NCBI GenBank assembly: GCA_000708835.1
Contig: DF237133.1
Coordinates: forward strand, 93,215-157,214
DNA length: 64,000 nucleotides
Source: Klebsormidium nitens
Taxonomy: Eukaryota > Plantae > Klebsormidiophyceae
Direction of reading: 5' to 3'
Shown here: positions 14,301 to 24,700 of the stretch, piece by piece
How the letters are laid out: each line of letters begins with the position of its first letter
How positions within the stretch are numbered: the stretch's first letter is position 1
Translations under genes and position numbers: made by a program
Notes under the pieces: generated by a model
The model's database searches: none
Seen by the model: the letters and a program-made list of their open reading frames with translations, nothing else
Told to the model about the DNA's origin: nothing

Positions 14301-14694
14301 CCCAGTCTCACGAAAGCTGCAATGACTCTTCAGCTCGCCTTAGAAGCGTCCGACTTCACGCCCTCAGGAGCCTGTTCGAAGCCGAGTCTTTGATTCAGGC
14401 CCCGCGTCGCCCAAATCCTGATGGGCGCGTGCACTCTGGGCTTCTGGACTTGTGTTAACCTCGTTGATAGATTCCTGGTTTTGCTCAGCCGTCGCTGTGA
14501 CGTCACGTTTGCAGCACGAGGACGTCAGCAAGCCTGTCACGGGGAGCATCTCTGCTGACGTGCCCAGCCACGACGTGGCGATGTACATTCTCCGGGAGGC
14601 CGTTAAGGTGGATGCGAATGCGGAGAACGCTGAGAGCTTTGCACGCTTTGAGGACGTCCGGAAAGTTCGCGCGGGCAGGGCCTCGTCCGTTTGA
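8342..14694 (+). CDS. AGAL: Alpha-galactosidase (GH27), 14 exons (8342-8478, 9207-9265, 9494-9550, 9767-9801, 10443-10546, 10979-11051, 11515-11573, 11733-11798, 12094-12177, 12475-12539, 13057-13139, 13358-13448, 13919-14118, 14515-14694), 430 aa
   Basis: Signal peptide, then [43 protein letters not shown] (nucleophile), WRTTGDI (acid/base), [21 protein letters not shown] and a C-terminal beta domain. Exon lengths sum to 1293 nt in frame. Confidence 0.97.
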
Positions 14695-16004
14695 TTCGGA
14701 TTCATGTGCGAGGCTTTTTGGACCAGGTTTGGAGGGGGAGGGTTTGCAATTGTTTGGCATTACATTTGAGGAACCATATCAGCAGTAGATTTTCGGATTG
14801 CCTTGACGTAGGAGCTTTCAGCCAGAGCTGTTTGAGATTGTGACAGGAGCATGACCTGAATGTTGGATATGCCGTCCAATTCGGAACAGCTCTTTGGAGG
14901 CATGAAAGGATACTGGCCTTCATGTTGGGGCATTCGGTTTATGGGATAGGCTTCCAGAACTGGTTCTGAGTTAGAAGGATGAGAAGGGTGTAGAGGTCAG
15001 GTTGAGGTTTGGAGAGGTATTGATGCTGTGTACTTTAGATCGACAAATAGTACCCAGGAGCGCCTCGGTGGGTTTCACTAGTCATAGCTTCGTCATAGCC
15101 ACGCTTAGTCACGCACGCATTCACGTCAAGGGTACTTGCGAAGATTGGGGCAACACTCGGAACATTTGATCTCAGTCGAGAACGATGCGTACAACGTAGT
15201 GAACAAACAGGTGAATTGGAACATGCAGAAACCGAACAAGAACGACAACATGCGTCATTGTAGCTTTGATTGAGGAGCCCGTCCAATTTCCTTTCTAGTT
15301 TTGTATATGGTTCTTTCCGGAACAGCACTGGAAAGATACAAAAGCGAAATGATACTTGAGTCCATCCCACCGATTGGTACGATCGAATAAATCCGAATTA
15401 AAGCCTTAATTCCCTTCTTTGAAAGCTCCGCATGGGATCCTCGACGGTCCTGTGTTTAAGGCCATCAATATCAGCTGGTACAATCATGCACGTGTACTCA
15501 TGACGTACAAGTTGCATGAGTTGCCCCGCATGACTTGGGCAAATCTTAGACATGCCATGATGCAGAATGAATTAACATGCGTATACAGGTTCTTAGATTG
15601 CTAGCTTGTTACTTACACTGAACAACGTCGTAAACATTAAGCTTGCCACATAGATTCTGGCCGGCGTTCCATATGTCATGCGAATTTCGAAAACATCATG
15701 CAGCTGGCATCCAATTGATAATTATGTTTTGATCAGAACATGCAATCCGAGCTTATATACGGCACATGTGCGTAGATTTCCACGTCAACATTTCCGGGGC
15801 CAGTTTGATGATGACTACAATTGCAATATTCATCTGTTGAAGAAAGCTCAAGCTCCTGAATCATGTGTTGTTGAATTGACTATGAAATGGCGAACGACGT
15901 GTTTTTAGGTCTGATATCCAGACCGAAAATGTCATCATGTTTTGTCGTCAGGGCTGTTTATCAGATTATCTTTAGTCGTCAGGACTCTCATCGTCCGATT
16001 ATCT

Positions 16005-17354
16005 TCAAACTTTCTTGACCAAAACGCATTGTTTCGGCCACCGAACTACCACTTGAAGCCAAGGATGGAGTCTTTGGAATTGCAACAAGCGCATGACACA
16101 ATTATCTACGGCAATGTCCTCGTATGAAAGCTGAGCAAGGTCGATGTCAAGGTTCTCAAGCTTTGGGGCAAGCTTAGCAAGCTCCCGACATTTGGCAAAG
16201 TGCTCCTCTGTAATTGTGCGCCTAAAAACCAGCTTCAACCCCTTCAAAGTAGAAAACGACTTGGAAAGGATGGAGGTTTCTAGCGACATCGAAATGAACT
16301 CAAGGATGTGCCCAGACATCTCCAGATTTTCAAGACGCTTGAGGTGGTGTAGGAGTGATACCAAGATCACATCTTCTTCACTTAGATCCAAGATTAACAG
16401 GGCTCGTGCATCATTACACGCACGAAGTGTCGCAATGAGCTCCTCTTCACTTGTCCCAGCGACACCTGTCATTTTGATTTGCAAGTTGCGAAGTTTCCAG
16501 GGACCCCTCTTCACGATGCCCCAAGCACAATGCAGGACAAGGTTCACGAGGCGCGGCGCTTCAACTCTTAGCGTGGTCGTCCAAACAGCCTCCAAGGACT
16601 CCAGTTGTGGTGTTGTCAACTCCAGTGTGTTGGCTTCATCCTCTGGCCTAAAGACCAAAGTTTTCAAACTATTGGACGTTATGGTTGGGTCCGCTAGATT
16701 GTACACTTCGTCAATAAGCAGATCTTCCAAGCAAGGGCAACCTTGGATGATGCTTGCAAGGCAAGAATCTTGCATTCCAAGTGACATTAAGGTAAGCTTG
16801 ACCAGGGACGCAAAGGAACGGATGCTTGCCAAAGGCTTGCAAAAGTCCAAGAAAATACCGTCAATCTCCAATGACCTCAGTCGACCGCACGTCGAGAGGG
16901 TTTCCAAGAGATTCTGCTCATACTCCCCACCTTGCTTGTCCTCGATAGGAGAGTCCTGAAAAACCTCAAGGTGTTCCAACTTGGGCATCGTGCTTGAGAT
17001 GGCACTTAGAAAGGTCTTGGATATCCGCGCACCATGCAGGACCAGATTCTTCACCGCCTGATCTTTCTGAAAAAAGCGAAGCACGCTGGCCTCCATTGGT
17101 CCAGATTTGTCCAGAGCAGGGACGAAAATTTCGTTCGTCCGAGGTACAATCTCGTTGAAACGTTTACAGACTGTTCTCCATTGACAAAGCTGAATCAAGT
17201 TTCCCGCACAATTGCAGTTCTTGGAGGAGCACCAACTGTGGGGGCCCTTTCCTGCCATGGTGAGTATGTGGAGCACAATATCGTCTGAAAGCCTCTCAAA
17301 AGGATTCATCTTTCTCTCCGCCCTGTTTCCAGAGCAACGCCGCCGCCTGTCCAT
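16005..17354 (-). CDS. F-box/LRR (RNI-like) protein with an intronless CDS, likely start MDRRRR at 17354
   Basis: ORF 16005..17429. F-box-like FERLSDDIVLHIL...WRTVCKRF followed by LxxLxL repeats (LEHLEV, LRSLEI, LVKLTL, CPCLEDLLI, LKTLVF, LESLE). A TTTTCTGCAG acceptor-like site lies just before the second Met. Confidence 0.85.
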   Translation of the reverse strand: MDRRRRCSGNRAERKMNPFERLSDDIVLHILTMAGKGPHSWCSSKNCNCAGNLIQLCQWRTVCKRFNEIVPRTNEIFVPALDKSGPMEASVLRFFQKDQAVKNLVLHGARISKTFLSAISSTMPKLEHLEVFQDSPIEDKQGGEYEQNLLETLSTCGRLRSLEIDGIFLDFCKPLASIRSFASLVKLTLMSLGMQDSCLASIIQGCPCLEDLLIDEVYNLADPTITSNSLKTLVFRPEDEANTLELTTPQLESLEAVWTTTLRVEAPRLVNLVLHCAWGIVKRGPWKLRNLQIKMTGVAGTSEEELIATLRACNDARALLILDLSEEDVILVSLLHHLKRLENLEMSGHILEFISMSLETSILSKSFSTLKGLKLVFRRTITEEHFAKCRELAKLAPKLENLDIDLAQLSYEDIAVDNCVMRLLQFQRLHPWLQVVVRWPKQCVLVKKV

Positions 17355-17453
17355 TGTTGCTTCTGCAGAAAAGTGAACAAAGCATTCATAGGTATATGCA
17401 TGACATTGCATGACACTGTACGTGCGCACTGGGGCAAGAGCTTAGCTAGAGGC

Positions 17454-17748
17454 ACAAAGCAGCCGAACTTTTCTTCGGAAAAACGGACACGGTTTCAATC
17501 ACCGGGCACCTGTTGCAGCTACCGGGGAGCCGTTCAACACTAAAACCCTAAGAATATGCCTTAGCCGTTAGTATTAACCCTAATCGTAGTGCAGTTTGCG
17601 CGACCCTAACAAACCGTCACAGGCTTGCAACGTAACCCTAATGTCACAGGCGATGCCCGGTTGCTCGTCGGCTGTCCGAAGTCCGATCCCTGACAACCTG
17701 CGTCCGCAACTTTTTTCCGAAGAAAAGTTCGGCCGACGGCTGCTTTGT
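17454..17748. mobile_element. MITE-like element with terminal inverted repeats and internal telo-box motifs
   Basis: Perfect 22-bp inverted repeat GCCGAACTTTTCTTCGGAAAAA (17462-17483 / 17712-17733). It extends with ACAAAGCAGCC across a 7-nt insertion on the right arm. Four (A)ACCCTAA motifs lie inside. No clear TSD. Confidence 0.55.
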
Positions 17749-18776
17749 CCGTTTTGCCGCACTAGGGGCCCATTTTGTCGCGCGGCCGCGCGCGGCCACC
17801 CGCGGCCGCTTGGAGAAAGCAGACTTTGCGCGATTCTGCACGCGCGCCTTTCAATGACAATGTTGCCAGCAAGCTTGCAGCCGCTTTCCGTGTCACTGTG
17901 ATGTGTGGGTCCTCAATGCTCATTGCATTGACAAGTTGCAGGCTTGCCGTTCTGCGCCTGAGCCTGAGGCTGTCGTTTGCAGAAGCTCCCATTCATCGTG
18001 AGCATACATCTATCCTATGCAAGGGTGACACTCCACGGATTCTGAAAAAGAGGTATGTACAGTTTTCAACTTTCCTTTGCAAGAAGGTTTCTGTATGGTT
18101 GTCATTGTCGAAGGTTCCAATCCCCTCTTGTTTGAATGTGCTTCGTCGCTGGCATCTATCAACTCTCTGCGGTATTGAAGGGCTTTCATGCATATGTTTC
18201 TTCTGCAAGGTTTGACTCTAAAACCTGCCTTGCTATAGGCTCAGAAGGAGCTCTAGGAATGGGACAGCTTCAAAGCATGCTCCATGCAATATCGGCGAAT
18301 ATTGTGGCCTTCTTGTCTGGAATAATGAACATGCTGCTGGCTTGAATCAGTTTGGCGATAAGACACGGCTATGAGTCAATTCCTGATGGTCTTTTATCTC
18401 AGGTATTCAAAGGGAATTGCTTTCTACTGATGAATTACCAATCAGGTCTTTAAGCGATGTAGGTCTTGAAGCAGAGGAACAATGCCATGCCTATGATCGC
18501 TTCGTACCCGGCAACACGTGCAGAAGATTTGTTCCCAAGTATGGGCTTACTCCATGAGAAGCTCGCTCTCGCCAGAACGATTGAGCTGCTGGGTGTTGAC
18601 AAGATTTACTTTTGCTTACGCGTCTAGCATGGCTGGGCACTGCGGGCGTCTTCAAAAGCACCTTCAAGCACTGTCACTAGCAGGTGCGCACTGCAGGAAC
18701 TTAATCCTGCTCCGCCTTGCTGGTGCAGGCCCTTCCGAAAGAGCTCCACCACCCTTGTCGATCCCATCCAAGAACA

Positions 18777-21700
18777 ATGTCAGGCGGATTCGACATCCAG
18801 AGTTTCTTCAAGAGCGTGAGCTCCACGCCCCCACCCCAACCTCAGGCGGAGCATTCGGGACCCCCCCCTCCAACTTATGGTGGCCCAAATCAAGGGCCGC
18901 CGCCCCCCCTTCCCCCGGGCTTCGGGGCGCCCCCCCCGCCGGGCTACATGCACCCTCAGCAATTCCAGGGGCCCCCTTCTGGCCCTTTCCCTTTCCACCT
19001 GCTCGGGCAGCAGCAGCCGCCGCCGTTCCAGGGGGGTCATCGTCCCCAGCAACAGCACCCCCATTTCCAAGGGGGTAATCCTTCCCAGCAACAGCATCCC
19101 CCATTCCAGGGCCCTCCATCGGGGGCCCCAAACTCGGCGGGCGCCAACTTAATGGCCTTGCTTAGGGGACCTCCCCCAGCCTCTGCGCCGCCCCCGGTGC
19201 CGCAACATAGTCCTGAGGCCCCCCCCGCCGCAAATGGATTTGAGGCCCCCCCCATGTCGGCACCGGTGGCCACTCAGCCAAACCCACCTTCGCAGAGCGC
19301 GGCGCCGACCGCGCCCCCGCTTACGTTTGCTCCGGGCTCGCCCCCCGCTGCCGGCGCCAAGGCGAGCTGGTTCCGGGGGAAGGCGAAGAAAGGCACGGGG
19401 CGGGTGTTGAGCGGTGCTCACGTCGTGTACGACATCGACGAGAAGCGCGAGGGCGAGACGAAGCCGCAGCTGGAGGTGCACACGATCAGCAAGGTGCCGC
19501 TGGAGTACCGCTTGGAGCTGGGGCGCGAGATCGCGGTGAACCGGAACTACATCTGCTATGGGATGAAGACGGGGTCGGTGCGCATCCTGAGCCAGATCGA
19601 GGACGCCAAAGTGCTCCTCAAGGAGCATTCGCAGGTGAGGGCAAGGTCTGGAGTTCTTGAATTGTTCAAGGTCGTCGTTATATTGCTGTGCTGTCTTGTT
19701 TGATAGTTCAATTCTCATTACCAATACATGCAATCTCGTGCTCAGTGCAACTTGCGTGGGAACGAGTTGGAGTGGTGTATGGTGGCACAATCTCCTGATT
19801 GAATTCTCGAAGTTTTTGTATCATATAAAATTTTCGCAGCTTCAACATATCTGAGTGGGGCCTTACAATTGCTTCCGCCACGTATGCTAGTGCTCAAGAT
19901 TTTCAGACTCTGACTACTTCTTTGTGTGCAGAGGTTGACGGACCTTGCCGTCTTTGCCGAGGACGTTAACCTCCTTTCCAGGTGAGATATTTGCTGTTGT
20001 CTCCAAAAGACTAGATCGGCCAGCTAGACTTAGTGCTTGCCGGGTAGAGTGGCAAGTAAGAGACTCGATCAGCAGAAGATTTCCGCCAAGCAGTTGTGCA
20101 TTGGACACACTGGAAAGTCGCAATTGCCACACCGAAAATTACAAAGGGCTTTCACGTGCGTCCATCTCCTCTGCCCTCTTCCCATTAGAAGCTACCATCA
20201 CCGGCACTTTTATACAACTTCTCAGCCAACTTCACCGCGAAGATATGCAATGAGGTATGCAATAAGAATATGCATCTGGCAGCTTGCTTATATTGCTGAT
20301 GCCACGTAAGTTTGAAGAAAATCTGGTTTCCAATCTTCTGCATCTCCTCTCGTCCAGCGCTTCTTCAGACGGCCGCGTGTTCCTCCACGAGGTGGTGGGC
20401 CGCGGCAAGAAGGACACCAAGGCGCGGCCCATCATGGGCCTCCAGTGGCCCCCTGAGGGAGGCGCTTTGCACGTTGCTTGGAACCCCCGGCAACAGGTAA
20501 TTTCGTACCCCCAATTTGAATCTAACTGCTTACTGTTACCAAGCGATGGAGCTTCTTGACGGTTGCCTGCTACTTTGGGCAGGACCGGGCCCGTTCTGGA
20601 AGTGCGCTCTTGTCGTGGCCCGCTTTTGCCTGGACAGAGAATGGGCTTCCTGTATGATGCGTGGAGTTGCAGTTCGTGACATTTTCAAGCGATCAACGCA
20701 CTTGCGAGATGTGTCATGGGCAGGAATCGTCCGTGTAGCGGAGAGTTTTGCAGCATGCTACTTCCCATCCGATCAAGAGAACTCGTCACTAATTCTGCCC
20801 TCCTTTTCGCACCCCCCCTCGTAGGAACACCTCGCCATCGTCCAGGGCAACTCCTTCTACCTTGCTGAGGTCAGCCGCCTCCAGCAACAGCTCCCCCCCC
20901 CTCAGGACGGCGAGCCCGCCCCGCTCCTAGCCGTCGACCCCACAAACCCCGCTCCGGGCCTGCGCCTCGTCGGCACGCACGCTGACGTCATCGTCGACGT
21001 CAGCTTCTCGCCAGCTGGCGACCGCATCGCGTCCGCGTCCAGGGACGGGCGCGTCAAGGTCTGGGGCGGTGAGGGGGACCGGTGCTTGTCGGAACTGACC
21101 CCCCATTCCGGGGAAGCCGTCTGCAGCGTGCGTTTCGTCGGGACGGGAGACGAGATTGTTTTGGTGACAGGGGGGCCGGCAAACAGGGAGATTAAGCTGT
21201 GGGTCGCGGGGGGGGAGGGAGCGGAGTGGCAGTGCGTGCAAACGGTGGAGCTGACCAGCGCGGAGGGGGCGGAGGCCTTTTTCAACCACTTGCATGTGAG
21301 GGCCGTCATGGTTGCAGAGAATTTTGCCCAAGACTGTGTTAACTTTTTCCTCTACGGTTAACACGGAAGGTTGCGTGCAGTTCAGTGGTACCGATAAGTG
21401 AGAAGAACGCTTTCCAAGCGAACCAGTGCTCACTTCGTGATCTGCTGCAGTTACAGCCCTTCAAAAGCTGCCATCCAGGTTGTGTGAAGAAGTTGGAAAC
21501 CGCAGGCTTGCTTGCTCCTTCACCTGGTCTGACAATCTTGTCTCTAGTGAAGACGTCTCGTCTCCTCTTACACCTAACAACGCTGCCTGTCTTTCTTGTC
21601 CCAAGTCCTTGTAGACCACTGCCGTAACCTCCTCTTTCCGACTTGGATGGTTATCAACACCATATCCGATTGTTTTTACAATGTCTTTGAGAAGGCAGAC

Positions 21701-24700
21701 TTTTGGATTGTTCTGCCAGGTGGACCACCGCTCGGGCCTCCTCTTCCTGGCCAACACGCTGCGCAAGAGCATGTACGTCCTCAACCTGCGGCGCGGGGCC
21801 GGCTCCGCGCAGCCCCCCGCCTTCGACTATCTCGCTGAGTTCTCGTTTACGGCGCCGGTCCTCAGCTACACCACACTGAACGAGGGAGTGGTCGACGGGG
21901 AGGAGACCGTGGAGATCTACGCTGTGCAGCCAGAGAAGATCCAGCGATATGCGCTGGACGCAGCGTTGGTAAGCAGGATTCTGGTAACAAAATTCGGTGC
22001 GGGTGGACGGGAATGAATTGTCGGTTGTGGGATCGTTAGGCTGGGGCAATCGGGTTACAAGGGATTTGAGCTCGACAAGTGTACCGGGTTTAAGTGGACT
22101 CTGGGGTTGTCCGCAAGCTAGAGTGTTCTGCTTGGTATATTGGCAAAGTACTGGCTGCCTTCCTTTGCAGCGACGATTGATCCAGAGGACCATAGAACTT
22201 GGTGGCATATTGGCTCGGGCTTTATTTCTCGAGATGCACGGGCTGACATTTTGGACTTAAAATGTGGGGCCATAACCAGAGGAAGATGAGCACATTATTG
22301 CCGGCCGGCCAACTGTAAATACTTGTGTATTCAGCCCTTCCTTTGCGTTCTCAAGGCCCTCAAGACAGCCAACGACAGGTAGAAGAGGTTACGCAGATTC
22401 CTCTCACTTCTCATCACCTTCGTCTTGAGACTAAATATACATACATTTGTACAGTGCCGCCCACCTCCTGAAGAAGAAGCGGCCCCCCCTCAGGCCCCCG
22501 TGGCCGCGCCAGGGCCCCTTTCCCCCATGATCCTCTCCCAACTCACCGAAGCCCCCCCGACCGCGCACAAGCCCCTTGTTCCCGAAGTCCCAAGCGCCCC
22601 AACCGCTGAGCAACAAGCCCACCCCCCCGAACCGACACCGGAGAATGAACCGAGCGCTCCGGACGCCCCAGAGGGCCTGGACGTGTCGGTGCAGAAGCAA
22701 CCGGGGGTGAGCCCCGACCTGACTCGCGAGTTCTCGGGACGGGAGCACGGGCATGTGAACCTGGGCGTCGGCAGCCGGGGCCTTGTTCAGAACATGAACG
22801 AGCTGAAGAAGCAGGCGAGCAGGAGCCGGACGGGGAGCCCAGCCCGGCAACAGGGCCTCGAGGCGAAAACCGCCGGAACGAAAGAAGCTGAGGGGGTTAA
22901 GACGGAGGAAAGTGCAAAGGTGGAGACCAAAACCGAGCAGGGGGTTGAGAAAGCTCCGGAGATTCCCCCCCTGGAGGCCGCCGCTCCGGTTGCGGCTCAA
23001 GAGACGGCCACGGAAGAGGCTAAGGGGGTCGAAGAGGCAAGCTCACAAGAAGCGCCGAAGCTACCGGAAGCGCCAAAAACCTCTGAAGCCCCGAAACTGC
23101 TAACGCCAGCCATGCTGATGGGGGGCCCCAAGGTAGAAGAGCCGCAGCCTGCAGCGCCCCCCCAAAAGAAGGACGCCGGTGCTACAAACGGGGCGAAGGG
23201 GCGCCAGGGGGGTGCGAAGCAGCACGTGGGCAGCCCCCCCAGATCGAAGGGCGGGAACAACGTCAAGTGGGCGCCCAAAGTGGGGGGTCCGGAGGTAGTG
23301 TCGAGCGCGCCCCCCGTCGAGGGGCTCTCGTATGATGACGTCATGAAGGGCGTTGCGGCGAAGAAGGAGGAGCCCAAAAGTAAGAAAGAGCCAACAAAGG
23401 CGAACGCCGCGCCTCCGGCCACAGCGGCGGTGGCGGCGCTCGCCGTACCCCCCCCGGAAAAAGAAGACGGCGCGGTTCTCAAAGATTCGGAAGAGGCGGC
23501 GGGTCCGTCCGAAGGGGAGAGGGGCGAGCCCGAGAAGAAGCGCAAGGGGAAGGAGAAGGAGAAGGGCCCCGCTCAGGCGGAGGCGGAGGCCGCCACGAAG
23601 GCGGAAAAGCTGGAGGACGTGACGGCGGCGCTCCAGACCGGGGCCCCGGAGGCCCCCGCCGGGGAGGGGCTCGTGGACCCGGCCGCGCTGACATCTGGCG
23701 GCTTCCTATTGGCCGAGAAAGCGAAGGGCCGGAAGAAGAACAAGGGGGGGAACTTGGCGACTGCGGCTGCGGTCCCCCCCCCGCAAACCCCTGCGGAAGC
23801 AGCCCCCGGCCCCAGCGCGCCGGCACCCCCGTCGCAAGGAACAGTGGCGGTTCCTACGGATTCCAATGAAATGCTCCAGCAGGTGAAGCAGATTCCGGGG
23901 GGGGTTGCGACGGCGGTGGCGAAAGAAGGGAAGAGGATCGAGACGGCGCTGGCGCTCAGACTAGAGAAGGTGATCAAAGCGAACGCCGAGGCGCAGGCGG
24001 CGCGGGCCGAGGAAGAAAGGGCGAAGCGCGAGAAGGCGGAGAAGCTGCGGATGGACACGGCGCTGCAGGCGATCACGGGGGCGCTCAGCCGTGACCTCCC
24101 GGCACTTGTTGAGAAGGTGGGGATTGGTAAAATCAGTACGTGGAGAATCCTAGATACCTATCCTACTTAGCTAAGAGCATCCGTTTGAAGATTTGGTGAA
24201 CCACAAGATATGTGTTCTGCACTTCTGCTTTGTGGTTCCGAAAGTTTGTGTTCGTAAATCACATTTGGCCTTCACGGGGGCGCTCAGCCGGGAGCTCCCG
24301 GCGCTCGCCGAGAAGGTGGGCAATGCAATGGTTCTGTATTTTGCACTTCTTGGGTGGTGAGTTTCTTTGAAGATCCGTGGAATCGACTATCTTGTTTTGC
24401 GTCCCGGATCTGAGATTCTCGGCTGCAAACTTTGCTGACTGCTGATCAAGGTGCTATTGAAGAATGCAAATACCGTCTTCATAATTGAAATTCGTCGCAT
24501 AGAATGTCAATGATGCGTGGTTTGCTGTTGTTACAGCACCAAGGTTGTTGTGCTCGAAAGTCTGCCAGTCTGACAAGCCGACCTATGTTCACAAACCTGC
24601 TGTTATATCTAATTTCTGAACCCACTGCTCCTGTTAATGCAGTCTGTGAAGAAGGAGCTCGCGGCCGCGGCCCCCGCCATGTCACAGCTCCTGGGGCCCG

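Noticed and set aside
14760-15340. Exon-like minus-strand fragments (VLFRKEPYTKLERKL; VMLLSQSQTALAES)
   Set aside because: Could not build a start-to-stop model or recognise a family.
16144-16959. 271-aa plus-strand ORF
   Set aside because: Antisense shadow of the F-box CDS.
22431-24076. Several long minus-strand ORFs over the VCS linker exon (also over 18780-19790, 29621-30324, 48016-48559)
   Set aside because: Expected shadows of GC-rich coding exons.
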